Origin: an uncultured Desulfobacterales bacterium | Lineage (GTDB): Bacteria > Desulfobacterota > DSM-4660 > Desulfatiglandales > JALVZP01 | Reading direction: 5' to 3' | Assembly (NCBI GenBank): GCA_964567535.1 | Contig: CAZMNC010000125.1 | Location: 32,353-96,352, forward strand | Length of the DNA: 64,000 nt | In this document: positions 10,327 through 20,358 of the stretch, piece after piece | Position numbering within the stretch: position 1 is the stretch's first letter | Layout: each line of letters opens with the position of its first letter | Made by a program: the position numbers and the translations under genes | Notes under the pieces: generated by a model | Database searches by the model: none | Seen by the model: only the letters and a program-made list of their open reading frames with translations | Told to the model about the DNA's origin: nothing

Positions 10327-11069
10327 AAAATACAACAGAAAGACCTCAAAGACTAAATCACATTCTTGCAGAAGCAGGACTTACCTCCAGAAGAAAAGCA
10401 GACAAACTTATAGAACAAGGCCGTGTTATTGTAAATGGACAAGTTGCAAAGCTGGGTATGAAAGTGGTGTGGGGAAAAGATATTATAAAAGTAAACGGCA
10501 GAAAAATACCAGATCCACCAGATAAGATATATGTAATATTAAATAAGCCTTTTGGTTATATATCATCTCTAAAAGATCCAGGGGGAAGACCTGTAGTAAC
10601 AGAGATATTAACGGAGATTAAACAAAGGGTGTATCCTGTAGGAAGACTTGATTTTGATACAATGGGGCTTTTGCTTTTAACCAATGACGGAGAATTAACT
10701 TATAGATTAACTCACCCAAAATTCCAAGTGCCACGAACATATAAAGCAACTATTGCAGGAGAAATCAGGAATGATGTCTTAAATATTATAAGAAGGGGTT
10801 TAAGATTGCCTGATGGCCCTATAGGCAAAGTAAAACTTAAATTGATATTTAGTAATGATAACCAAAGTATAGTTAGGATAACGGTTTATCAAGGAAGATC
10901 AAGAATGGTTAGGCGTATATTTGAGGCAGTAGGCTATAGAGTAATTCATTTAATAAGAACAGGCTTTGCTAATATAATGCTTGGTAATCTGAAAGTTGGA
11001 GAATATAGGTATCTTGAAAAGTATGAAGTGGAGTCATTAAAAAAATTTGTAGGCTTGAAATCAACTTAA
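10323..11069 (+). CDS. Pseudouridine synthase, RsuA/RluB family (S4 domain)
   Basis: N-terminal S4 domain (RLNHILAEAGLTSRRKADKLIEQGRVIVNG). Catalytic motif GRLDFDTMGLLLLTNDG. Confidence 0.85.
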   Translation: MKNTTERPQRLNHILAEAGLTSRRKADKLIEQGRVIVNGQVAKLGMKVVWGKDIIKVNGRKIPDPPDKIYVILNKPFGYISSLKDPGGRPVVTEILTEIKQRVYPVGRLDFDTMGLLLLTNDGELTYRLTHPKFQVPRTYKATIAGEIRNDVLNIIRRGLRLPDGPIGKVKLKLIFSNDNQSIVRITVYQGRSRMVRRIFEAVGYRVIHLIRTGFANIMLGNLKVGEYRYLEKYEVESLKKFVGLKST

Positions 11070-11107
11070 TACTACAATGTGTATCAAGAATTAAAAAAAT
11101 TAATATA

Positions 11108-12019
11108 ATGAAATTAATTGTAAGTCTTTGCAATAAAAAGGCATCCGTTAACAAAGAAAGAGATACCAAAATGTTGTATCCTAATGTATTTTTATTAGAA
11201 GTAGATACAGAGAAAGAGCAAGTTAAGCCTATTAAGATTAATTGGTGGACATGGAAACCAAAAGGAATAACTGGCCTTGCCCCATATAAAAATGGTTTTC
11301 TTTGCCTTCTTCAAGCAAAGTCACATAAACTTTTTTATATTGATAAAAAATATACTTTAATAAAAAAATGGAAGCTAAACAAAGTTAAAGATGGTCATTC
11401 TATAGTAGTATACAACGAAAAAATATATATTGCCTCTACCGGAAACGACTCTATTGTGGAAATGCATCCAGATACCAGTACAGAACAGATCTTTTGGCAA
11501 GCTAATAATAATAAAAAAGATACAATACATTTAAATTCGATTATATGGCATGAAGATGAAATGATTATAAGTGCCTTTGGCCAAAAAAGTGGAGATAGGT
11601 GGATCACAGCAAAAAATGGCTTTTTAAAAAATATTCATAAAGATAAGATCATAAAAAACCATCTGTTTCATCCTCATACTATCTTAAAAACTTCTGATGG
11701 AATATTTTTTTGTGAGTCAGCAAGAAAGAGAATTGTAAATCTTGATAATAATAACATCTTATCCTTAAAAGCAGGATATGTGAGAGGACTTGCCATCACG
11801 GATGAGGAAATTGCTATTGCTATATCTCATGCCAGAAAAAGGTCAAAGTCCACTGGCAAACTCAATGATATGGATGATGAACTTATGAAATCTTTTCAAG
11901 TAGGTTGTGGAATAAATGTATATAAAAGATATGGAAATGAGATAAATAAAGCAAAATTTACAAAATTTATTGATATCTACCCTTTTAGCAACGAGATATA
12001 TGATTTATTGCTAATCTAA
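11108..12019 (+). CDS. Hypothetical protein with a possible beta-propeller-like repeat; the start could be the internal ATG near 11171
   Basis: Long ORF with no family motif I can name with confidence. It converges on a glycosyltransferase operon. Confidence 0.45.
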   Translation: MKLIVSLCNKKASVNKERDTKMLYPNVFLLEVDTEKEQVKPIKINWWTWKPKGITGLAPYKNGFLCLLQAKSHKLFYIDKKYTLIKKWKLNKVKDGHSIVVYNEKIYIASTGNDSIVEMHPDTSTEQIFWQANNNKKDTIHLNSIIWHEDEMIISAFGQKSGDRWITAKNGFLKNIHKDKIIKNHLFHPHTILKTSDGIFFCESARKRIVNLDNNNILSLKAGYVRGLAITDEEIAIAISHARKRSKSTGKLNDMDDELMKSFQVGCGINVYKRYGNEINKAKFTKFIDIYPFSNEIYDLLLI

Positions 12020-13011
12020 TTGCCTAAGACCCTCTTAAGTATATATTCTGCCCTATGACGAAATGTATGTTTAGATAAGGCTCTTTTCATACTTTTATCT
12101 GCAATTGATATGGCAATATTTTTTTCTTTCAAGAAATATTTGATTTTTTCTAAAAGTTCACCTATATCAAAAAATGTTATTATTTCATCTTTATAAAACA
12201 GATTATAAATGGATCTTTTATAATCTACTATCTGAAAGTTACCAGATCCTGCTATCTCAAATACCCGTGGATTTACTCCTTCTTTTGATTGAGGATGATG
12301 GATATTTATATTTATTATGGTTTTATTATAAATTTCATTAATCTCACTTGGAAAGAACCTTCTATTTTGAAGAACTGATTCATATAAAAAAGGAAATCTT
12401 CTTTTATATAGCTTATTTTTAAATAAAGAAAATGGGCCAAACACATAAAATTTTATCCTATTAACCCTACAGGCCTCTGCTATTTTGTCTAAAGGCTCAT
12501 ATCTTTCTATATGCCCTGCACCCACAAAGCTAACTTCATACATCTTCTGTTTGTTTTTTCTAAAATATATGTCCTCGTCAAATCCATAAGGAAGGAAATC
12601 TGCCGCTTTTATTCTAAGCATGTCAGTAGGTTCAAAGACAAAAATCTTTTTAAATAAATTTATTGTTTCTAATCTGGTTGCTACTCTTTCTACAGAATCC
12701 ACAAGCCAAAGCACAGTTATAGCCCTTTTAGACATAAAATATACTGTTTCGGGATAAATGGATGAGGCATTTATACATAAAATAATATTAGGCATATAAG
12801 TAATGAAAAGCTTTTTTAACTCTTCATTTATCTTTTTTAGCCTTAAACGAGCATATAAATTTTTAATAGGATTTATATTCCTCAGTTTCCTGATACTTAT
12901 ATTTGAATGAGAAAATACAAGAACGTCACATCCGCATTTTTTAAATCCTTTAGCAATAGAATCTAAATATCCATATAAATTATATCCACATATAAGAATT
13001 TTTATATTCAT
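12016..13011 (-). CDS. CgeB-like glycosyltransferase-family protein
   Basis: 331 aa. Overall resemblance to CgeB/DUF3880-type GT-B proteins (VSFVGAGHIERYEPL...NPRVFEIAGSG). Coupled to the upstream GT4 gene by a 4-nt overlap. Confidence 0.55.
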   Translation of the reverse strand: MNIKILICGYNLYGYLDSIAKGFKKCGCDVLVFSHSNISIRKLRNINPIKNLYARLRLKKINEELKKLFITYMPNIILCINASSIYPETVYFMSKRAITVLWLVDSVERVATRLETINLFKKIFVFEPTDMLRIKAADFLPYGFDEDIYFRKNKQKMYEVSFVGAGHIERYEPLDKIAEACRVNRIKFYVFGPFSLFKNKLYKRRFPFLYESVLQNRRFFPSEINEIYNKTIININIHHPQSKEGVNPRVFEIAGSGNFQIVDYKRSIYNLFYKDEIITFFDIGELLEKIKYFLKEKNIAISIADKSMKRALSKHTFRHRAEYILKRVLGN

Positions 13012-14087
13012 AAAATCGAACTTTCAATTTTCTGTTTAAGAAGCTTTTCTATTTCATTTACATAATAAAAAAAATCATATTTTTCCGCTATTGCTCTGGC
13101 ATTTGCCCCCATATTAAGTCTTATATCCCTATCAAACATCTCTTTTACTTTATTGCTCCACATGTTTTTTACATTCTTACCAATCACAGGGATAATCCTC
13201 CCCCCTGTACCGACTATTTCAGAAGAACCAGTAAAATTACTAACCAGAACAGGCAACCCACAAGCCATAGCTTCTAAAACTACTGAACCAAAAGTATCAA
13301 AAAAGCTGGGATGGAGTAAAACATCTGATATAGCATATATTTCTCTGATATTTTGCACAAAGCCTGTACATATAAGATATGGTCTATAGATATTAGGTGT
13401 CTTTTTTCCTGCCACTATAAGCTTAATATTTGAATAACCATAATGATAATAAAGATCATCAAATATCTTCTTTAAAAGAGAAAAATTTTTTAGCCTTAGG
13501 TTATGAGCAACAAATAAAAACACTATATCATTATCCTTTATCCCCCATTCCTGTCTTTTTCTTTTTTTTGTTTTTATATCCTCGGGAAAAAACTTTATTA
13601 GATTCACTCCATTATAAAGTAGCTTGATTCTCTTATAAGATATACCATATCTTAAGGCATGATTCTTAATAAATTTTGATGGAGTGATATAAATGGTGTT
13701 AGGACAAGAAAGCACATATTGTTGATGATATTTTTTTCTTTTATGTCTCCCTATATTATACAAAAATAGTCTAAAAGGCCTTATGAAAAATGGGTATGAA
13801 TAAATAGCATATCTTATATAAATCTCATGGATTCCTCCTCCAAGCCTTGATATATCCGCCCTTTCAAAAAGGCCCCAATCAAAGCTGATATCAGGATTAA
13901 GAGCTTTTAATACCCCTTTAATATTAACAAATTCTTTATGTATAAAGATATTTTCAATTTTTTCTCCCTGCTTACATACTACATGAACTTCGTGGCCCCT
14001 TATACTTAGTTCACGACAGATTGATACAGCATAATTCTCTGCACCACCTATACATCTGAAGTTTTCTATATAAAAAAGGATTTTCAT
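13008..14087 (-). CDS. Glycosyltransferase family 4 (GT-B, group 1)
   Basis: 359 aa. The C-terminal motif FGSVVLEAMACGLPVLVSNFTGSSEIV is typical of GT4 enzymes. Confidence 0.85.
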   Translation of the reverse strand: MKILFYIENFRCIGGAENYAVSICRELSIRGHEVHVVCKQGEKIENIFIHKEFVNIKGVLKALNPDISFDWGLFERADISRLGGGIHEIYIRYAIYSYPFFIRPFRLFLYNIGRHKRKKYHQQYVLSCPNTIYITPSKFIKNHALRYGISYKRIKLLYNGVNLIKFFPEDIKTKKRKRQEWGIKDNDIVFLFVAHNLRLKNFSLLKKIFDDLYYHYGYSNIKLIVAGKKTPNIYRPYLICTGFVQNIREIYAISDVLLHPSFFDTFGSVVLEAMACGLPVLVSNFTGSSEIVGTGGRIIPVIGKNVKNMWSNKVKEMFDRDIRLNMGANARAIAEKYDFFYYVNEIEKLLKQKIESSIL

Positions 14088-14686
14088 GGATTATATTTCT
14101 TTCTGGAGTATAAGTAGGTATAAAACTCCTTTCTCATACTGTTTTTTATTTTTCGAGTGATGTTCACATCATCATCAAGGTATTTTATTGTAATAAGACC
14201 TAAATCTATTTTTCTCACCACATTAAAAAGATGACACCTACACCAACTTTTAAGGGGAGGTGGAATATATTTAAAAAATCCCATATAGTGAAAATTACAA
14301 AATACTTTTTTAAATAAAATCTTATTTTCTTCAAAGGCTGAACCTTTAAGTTTATCTGGATCAAAAAAATCAAAAGAGTATTCATTAAAATTGTGATAAT
14401 GATATGGATTAACCAGGTGATATTTTGTAGATGATACATAAGGTAGACCTAAAAACAGTCTTCCTCTATGTTTTAAGACTCTATATATCTCTGATAATGT
14501 AAACATATAATTTTCTATATGCTCAAGGGTATGATAGGAAAAAACCACATCTACACTGTTTTCTTCAAAAGGTAGACTTTCTTTGTTAAGATCAAGACAT
14601 ATATCTGCATGAGGAGCTATATCTATATTTATAAAATTAGGAATATAAGTGACAGATGCTCCTATGTTAAGTTTGATCTCTTTCAT
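14084..14686 (-). CDS. Class I SAM-dependent methyltransferase
   Basis: 200 aa. Methyltransf_11-like segment (VDVVFSYHTLEHI...LKHRGRLFL). First gene of a three-gene coupled operon. Confidence 0.65.
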   Translation of the reverse strand: MKEIKLNIGASVTYIPNFINIDIAPHADICLDLNKESLPFEENSVDVVFSYHTLEHIENYMFTLSEIYRVLKHRGRLFLGLPYVSSTKYHLVNPYHYHNFNEYSFDFFDPDKLKGSAFEENKILFKKVFCNFHYMGFFKYIPPPLKSWCRCHLFNVVRKIDLGLITIKYLDDDVNITRKIKNSMRKEFYTYLYSRKKYNP

Positions 14687-14716
14687 ATTTATAAAGGCTA
14701 TTGAGAGACAGTTTGT

Positions 14717-15700
14717 ATGTCAAGAAAAATAAAAATAGGTAACATAATGTTAGAAAATGACTTAATTCTTGCTCCTATGGCAGGAATAACCAATTTGCCA
14801 TTTAGGCTTATAGCAAAAAAATTCGGAGCAGGCCTTGTAACAACGGAAATGATAAGCGCAAAAGGTCTTTGCCAAAATCAAAAAAAGACTTATGAGTACT
14901 TAAGACATACACCTGAAGAAGGGTTATTGTGTGCCCAAATATTTGGCTCAGAGCCAGAAGTTGTGGCTAATGCGGCACAAATAGCCATTGAATCAGGAGC
15001 AAGTATTATAGACATTAATATGGGTTGTCCTGTAAAAAAAGTGGTAAAAACAGGAGCGGGGGGAGCTCTTTTAAAAAATCTAAAACAAGCAGAAAGGATA
15101 ATGAAAACTGTAAAAAAAACATGCAATGTCCCTATTACAATAAAAATACGAGCAGGTTGGTCTTCTAATATTAAGACAGCCCTTGAAATTTCAAGAATTG
15201 CAAAGGAATGCGGAATAGATGCTATTACAATACACCCAAGATTTGTAACGCAAGGATTTTCAGGAAAAGCAAATTGGTCTATAATTTCAGAAATAAAAGA
15301 AAAATTAGATATCACAGTAATTGGCAATGGAGATATATTTGATGCAGAAGATGCCATTAACATGATAAAAAAAACAGGTTGTGATGCGGTAATGATTGCA
15401 AGAGGTGCAATAGGAAACCCATGGATATTTAGAGACATATTAGACCTTAAAAAAGGAAATATACCAAAAACACCAAGTTTATCAGAACGAAAAGAAATTA
15501 TGCTTAAGCATTTTTATCTTATAAAAGAATTTATAGGTGAAAAAAGGGCTATTAGATATATAAGAGGGATTTTTATATGGTATTCAAAAAATCTCCCTTA
15601 TAGCTCTTATTTTAGGGATAAAGTAACAAAAATTAGAAATGAAGATGAGCTTATGATGTTATTAAACAAATATTTTTTATATCTAAAAAAATTAAAATAA
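14717..15700 (+). CDS. dusB: tRNA-dihydrouridine synthase
   Basis: 327 aa. LAPMAGITNLPFR, DINMGCP and TIHPR motifs of the Dus family. Confidence 0.9.
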   Translation: MSRKIKIGNIMLENDLILAPMAGITNLPFRLIAKKFGAGLVTTEMISAKGLCQNQKKTYEYLRHTPEEGLLCAQIFGSEPEVVANAAQIAIESGASIIDINMGCPVKKVVKTGAGGALLKNLKQAERIMKTVKKTCNVPITIKIRAGWSSNIKTALEISRIAKECGIDAITIHPRFVTQGFSGKANWSIISEIKEKLDITVIGNGDIFDAEDAINMIKKTGCDAVMIARGAIGNPWIFRDILDLKKGNIPKTPSLSERKEIMLKHFYLIKEFIGEKRAIRYIRGIFIWYSKNLPYSSYFRDKVTKIRNEDELMMLLNKYFLYLKKLK

Positions 15701-15772
15701 AAAGATTCAATAATTTTTTGGTTGCCTGAGTATTTTAAGATTAAAAAGTTAAATTTAAAATTGGAGGAATGA

Positions 15773-17515
15773 ATGAAAGTAAAGGTTGCTAAAACAGCAG
15801 GTTTTTGTATGGGAGTTAGAAGAGCATTAGAACTGGTTCTCGCGAGATCATTAAAAGACTCAGGTCCAATATATACTTATGGACCTCTTATACATAACAA
15901 ACAAGTTGTAGCTTTATTAGAATCAAAAGGAATAAAAAGTATAAATAACATAAATGAACTTAATGGAATACAAAGGGGTACTATTGTTATAAGAGCACAC
16001 GGAATTCCACCAAATGAAAAGCAAGCAATAGTAAAAAAGGGTCTTAATATATTAGATGCAACATGTCCCAAAGTAGCAAAAGTACAGGGTATTATAAAAT
16101 ATTATACAGGAAAAGGATATTATGCCATTATAGTAGGTGATACAGGTCATGCAGAGGTTAAAGGGCTTGTTGGATACAGTAAAGGCCCTGTTTATGTAAT
16201 TCAGGGCGTAGAAGATGTAAAAAAACTTCCTGATATGGATAAGGTAATTGTTGTAGCTCAAACTACCCAAAATAAACTTAGATATAAAGAAATAACCTTG
16301 GCAATAAAGAAAAGATTTCCCGAAGCCAAGATATTTAATACTATATGTGATGCTACTAATCAAAGACAGGAAGAAGTAAAAAGATTGGCCAAGGAAACAG
16401 ATTGCATAGTTGTGGTAGGTGGCTATCATAGTGGTAACACGAAAAGACTTGTTCAAGTGGCAAAAGAAGCTGGTGCAAAGGTATTTCATGTGGAGACAGA
16501 AAAGGAATTGAAAAAAAATCAATTGAAAGACATGGATATAGTAGGCATAACAGCGGGGGCATCTACACCCAATTGGATAATAAAAACTGTAGTAAATGAA
16601 ATAGAAGAAATTATAAAAGGCAAATCATCTGGTATTATCCATATATTAAAGAATATTTCTAAATTTCTACTTATAAGTAATATAACAGTAGCACTTGGAG
16701 CTTCATCCCTATCTTATGCATATTTAGTCCTATCCAATTTAGAACCAGATATCACTTATCCTATTTTGAGTTTTCTATATGTTTATGCTATGTACGTACT
16801 TAATTTATTTTTGGACAAAGGTGCGAGTGCATATAATGATCCCCAAAGAGCCAAATTCCTAAACAAAAACAGAAAAATACTTCTTACAACAAGCATATCT
16901 TCTGTTTTAATTGGTTTGTTTCTTGCCTATGCTATGGGTTTAGCCGCATTTTTATTTATTGTGGGCTTGTGTATATTGGGACTAATATATAGTATGCCTG
17001 TATTTCCAAATAATATTCAAAAGAGATATGGATACAGTAGAATAAAAGATATTCCAGGATCAAGGAGTTTTTCAGAAGCTATTGGATGGGCTTCTGTGGT
17101 ATCTATATTTCCTATACTTGGTAATAATTGCAAATTCTCTCCCAATAACGTACTCGCAGCAATAGTAGTATTAATGATAAGCTATGCTAGATCTTTAATA
17201 TTTGATATATTTCAAACGCAAGGAGATCTTATTGCTGGAACTGAGACGTTGCCTATAACGATAGGAGAAAAAAAGACTCTTGTTATTATAAAATCTTTTC
17301 TATTTGCTGTCTCTTTAATGCTTATAGGAGGAGGTATATACAATCTATTCCCTTCATTTGCATATGTAATGATAATACCTATAATAGGATTATGCTTATG
17401 CATTGTTGCATATGAAAAGAGATGGCAATATATGGGAACAGATCTTGAAATGCTTGTAGAATCCAATTTTCTTCTTACAGGCTTTCTTGCTGTAATTTGG
17501 AATGCTTTAACATAA
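15773..17515 (+). CDS. ispH: 4-hydroxy-3-methylbut-2-enyl diphosphate reductase (IspH/LytB) fused to a C-terminal polytopic UbiA-like membrane domain
   Basis: Residues 1 to about 285 are a full IspH (GFCMGVRRA, ATCPKV, HSGNTKRL, GASTP). Residues from about 290 to 580 form about 8 hydrophobic helices. They include FDIFQTQGDLIAGTETLPITIG, which resembles the second Asp-rich motif of UbiA prenyltransferases. Confidence 0.85.
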   Translation: MKVKVAKTAGFCMGVRRALELVLARSLKDSGPIYTYGPLIHNKQVVALLESKGIKSINNINELNGIQRGTIVIRAHGIPPNEKQAIVKKGLNILDATCPKVAKVQGIIKYYTGKGYYAIIVGDTGHAEVKGLVGYSKGPVYVIQGVEDVKKLPDMDKVIVVAQTTQNKLRYKEITLAIKKRFPEAKIFNTICDATNQRQEEVKRLAKETDCIVVVGGYHSGNTKRLVQVAKEAGAKVFHVETEKELKKNQLKDMDIVGITAGASTPNWIIKTVVNEIEEIIKGKSSGIIHILKNISKFLLISNITVALGASSLSYAYLVLSNLEPDITYPILSFLYVYAMYVLNLFLDKGASAYNDPQRAKFLNKNRKILLTTSISSVLIGLFLAYAMGLAAFLFIVGLCILGLIYSMPVFPNNIQKRYGYSRIKDIPGSRSFSEAIGWASVVSIFPILGNNCKFSPNNVLAAIVVLMISYARSLIFDIFQTQGDLIAGTETLPITIGEKKTLVIIKSFLFAVSLMLIGGGIYNLFPSFAYVMIIPIIGLCLCIVAYEKRWQYMGTDLEMLVESNFLLTGFLAVIWNALT

Positions 17516-17639
17516 TATTATTAAGTTTATATTTGAACTATTTATATATAATTTTTTTTGAATAAAAAAATTAAAATTTTGAATCTTTAATATAATAAAT
17601 TAGTATAACACAATCAATTATCATAACAGGAGAAATATA

Positions 17640-18599
17640 ATGGCAAATATAATATTAGTAACAGGAGCAGCAGGTTTTATTGGTTTTCACCTATGTAAAA
17701 AACTTCTAGACATGGGGGATATGGTTATTGGTGTAGATAACATGAATAATTACTATGATCCAAACCTAAAAAAAGCCAGACTTAATATACTAAAAAAATA
17801 TTCTAAGTTTATATTTTTTAAAGAAGATATACACAACTTTGATGGTCTTAAAAAGATATTTCAAGAATATAAAATAGAAGTAATATGTAATCTTGCTGCT
17901 CAAGCAGGGGTTAGATATTCTATAAAAGATCCTTTTTCTTATCAAAAGAGTAACATGGAAGGCTTTTTAAACATTATTGAGCTGGCAAGACATTTCAAAA
18001 TAAAAAATTTTATTTATGCCTCATCCTCATCAGTATATGGAAAGAACAAAAAAGTACCTTTTAGTGTTGAAGACAAAGTTGATAGCCCTGTCTCTCTTTA
18101 TGGTGCTACCAAAAAGGCAAATGAATTGATTGCTCACGCCTATCATCATTTATATAAAATTCCTTGTACAGGATTAAGATATTTTACAGTATATGGTCCA
18201 TGGGGAAGGCCAGATATGGCATACTTTTTATTTACTGATGCAATAATAAAAGAAAAACCTATAAAAGTGTTTAATTATGGTGATATGAAAAGGGATTTCA
18301 CATACATAGATGATATTATTGAAGGCACTATTGCTGCTATAAATAAAGTATTTCCTTTTGAAATATTTAATCTTGGAAATTCCAAGCCAGTAAGTTTAAT
18401 GAAATTCATAGCAACCTTAGAGCAACTATTGGGAAAAGAGGCAAAAAAAGAATTCTTACCTATACAACCAGGAGATGTACCAGAAACATATGCAGAAATA
18501 GGCAAATCTACCCAACTATTAGGATTTAAACCTCAAACCCCTTTAAACAAAGGTTTAGAAAAATTTGTAAATTGGTACAAAGAATATTATAGGGTATAA
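17640..18599 (+). CDS. NAD-dependent sugar-nucleotide epimerase (UDP-glucuronate 4-epimerase-like SDR)
   Basis: 319 aa. Rossmann motif GAAGFIGFH, catalytic YGATKKANE, and overall similarity to Cap1J/WbnF-type epimerases. Confidence 0.75.
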   Translation: MANIILVTGAAGFIGFHLCKKLLDMGDMVIGVDNMNNYYDPNLKKARLNILKKYSKFIFFKEDIHNFDGLKKIFQEYKIEVICNLAAQAGVRYSIKDPFSYQKSNMEGFLNIIELARHFKIKNFIYASSSSVYGKNKKVPFSVEDKVDSPVSLYGATKKANELIAHAYHHLYKIPCTGLRYFTVYGPWGRPDMAYFLFTDAIIKEKPIKVFNYGDMKRDFTYIDDIIEGTIAAINKVFPFEIFNLGNSKPVSLMKFIATLEQLLGKEAKKEFLPIQPGDVPETYAEIGKSTQLLGFKPQTPLNKGLEKFVNWYKEYYRV

Positions 18600-18606
18600 A
18601 TCAAGA

Positions 18607-19257
18607 TTATTCAGAATCATGCGGCCAATTTTTAAGAGGACAATCAATACATAAAGGCCTTTTTCTGCAAAATTTTTTACCTGTTTCCACAATAAGGGCA
18701 TGAAATTCATTAAACAGGACCTCATCATGAGGAAGATTATCCATAAATAGTGCTTGTAGTTCATCATAACCTATGCCATCCCACACAAAATCATGTCTTT
18801 TAAGGATACGAAACGTATATGCATCTACTACAAATATGGGTTTTTTTGCGGCATATAATATAATACTATCAGCTGTCTCAGGACCTATTCCTTTTATAGA
18901 TAAAAGTTCTTCTCTTAATTTGTAAATATTTAAGGAAAAGAAGGCATTCAAATCACCCTCATATTTTTCCATTATATAAGATATAAGATTCTTTAACCTT
19001 TGTGCCTTTATTTTATAATATCCAGCAGGTCTGATTCTAAAAGCAAGCTCCTCTTTAGAAAGCCTATATAAATTATTCACTGATAATAAACCATCTTTTT
19101 TTAAATTTTCTATAGCCCTTTCTACATTTTTCCAATTAGTATTCTGAGTCAATACTGCTCCTATCATTACCTCAAAAGGAGTATCAGCGGGCCACCAATC
19201 TTGTGGCCCAAAAAAAGAAAAAAGTCTTTTATACATGTTCATAAGTATATCTTTCAT
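18607..19257 (-). CDS. Endonuclease III-related HhH-GPD DNA glycosylase
   Basis: 216 aa. HhH segment (LLSIKGIGPETADSIILY) and a C-terminal Fe-S cysteine cluster (FCRKRPLCIDCPLK). Confidence 0.8.
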   Translation of the reverse strand: MKDILMNMYKRLFSFFGPQDWWPADTPFEVMIGAVLTQNTNWKNVERAIENLKKDGLLSVNNLYRLSKEELAFRIRPAGYYKIKAQRLKNLISYIMEKYEGDLNAFFSLNIYKLREELLSIKGIGPETADSIILYAAKKPIFVVDAYTFRILKRHDFVWDGIGYDELQALFMDNLPHDEVLFNEFHALIVETGKKFCRKRPLCIDCPLKNWPHDSE

Positions 19258-20285
19258 TTTGAAATCCTAAGTACCTTTGCTCCTCTTATCTTCCTTTCCT
19301 TCAGTTCTATAAGAGCATTATTAGCATCTTTTAACTCAAATTCTTGGGTCTCTGGTTTTATAGGAATTTGGGAAGCCAAATTCAAAAATTCTGAAATGTC
19401 ATTTCTTGCAACATTTGCAACACTTTTTATTTCTTTCTCCATCCAAAGATGATTTGGATAATCTAATTTTAAAAGATAATCTTTATCTATTTCTTCTTTT
19501 CTTATAGCATTAATTACCAATCTACCCCCTGGTTTAAGATTTTTAAGGGCTTCTACTACCGGTTTCCAAACAGGTGTAGTATCTATTATAGCATCCAAAG
19601 GTTCTGGAGATCTGTCAGATGTATCCCCAGCCCACACAGCACCCAGCTCTTTTGCAAATTCTCTTTCTCTCTCACTTCGTGCAAATACAAATACCTTAGC
19701 ATCTGGATACCTAAAACTGACCATTTTTAAAACCAGATGACCAGATGCACCAAAACCCGTAAGTCCTAAGTTGCAACCATTTTTTATGTTTGAAAGCCTT
19801 AAAGAACGATATCCTATCGCACCGGCACAAAAAAGAGGTGCTGCTTCAGTATCAGTAAACTCATCTGGAATCTTACATGCAAAATTCTCATCAATAACCA
19901 TATATTCTGCATATCCTCCATTAGCATCTCTGCCTGTTGCCTTAAAATTAGGACATAGATTCTCATTCTCAGACAAACAGTATTCACATTTTCCACATGT
20001 CCAATATACCCAACCAACCCCCACTCTATCTCCTATTCTAAATCTACCGGCCTTATTTCCCATATCTTCAATCAATCCTACTACTTGATGTCCTAAAACC
20101 ATTGGAAAACTTGAGGGAGGAGTTCTACCTTCTATTTCATCCAATTCTGTGTGACAAACACCACATGTGAGTACCTTTATAAGTATCTCATTGGATTTAG
20201 GTTCTGGAACAGGAAGATCTGTCATTATAAGGGGAGTCTTGTTAATATTCAAATCTACTATGTCATTCAATATCATTGCCTTCAT
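19254..20285 (-). CDS. Zinc-dependent alcohol dehydrogenase family oxidoreductase
   Basis: GVCHTELDE catalytic-zinc motif, structural-zinc Cys cluster (CGKCEYCLSENENLC), and GFGASGH NAD-binding motif. I moved the start to the ATG at 20285 (MKAMILN...), which has GGAGG about 8 nt upstream. The longer track ORF to 20423 would overlap the divergent rhomboid gene. Confidence 0.85.
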   Translation of the reverse strand: MKAMILNDIVDLNINKTPLIMTDLPVPEPKSNEILIKVLTCGVCHTELDEIEGRTPPSSFPMVLGHQVVGLIEDMGNKAGRFRIGDRVGVGWVYWTCGKCEYCLSENENLCPNFKATGRDANGGYAEYMVIDENFACKIPDEFTDTEAAPLFCAGAIGYRSLRLSNIKNGCNLGLTGFGASGHLVLKMVSFRYPDAKVFVFARSEREREFAKELGAVWAGDTSDRSPEPLDAIIDTTPVWKPVVEALKNLKPGGRLVINAIRKEEIDKDYLLKLDYPNHLWMEKEIKSVANVARNDISEFLNLASQIPIKPETQEFELKDANNALIELKERKIRGAKVLRISK

Positions 20286-20358
20286 TGTTCTATTCCTCCA
20301 TTGATTTATTATACATATTAGAATAGATTTATAAAAATTTTTAAGGTAAAAAAACAAA

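Noticed and set aside
14890-15438. 182-aa minus-strand ORF
   Set aside because: It is antisense to dusB, has no motif, and has the composition typical of a shadow ORF.
16052-16522. 156-aa minus-strand ORF
   Set aside because: It is antisense to the IspH domain and its translation is low-complexity and Phe/Tyr/Ile-rich.
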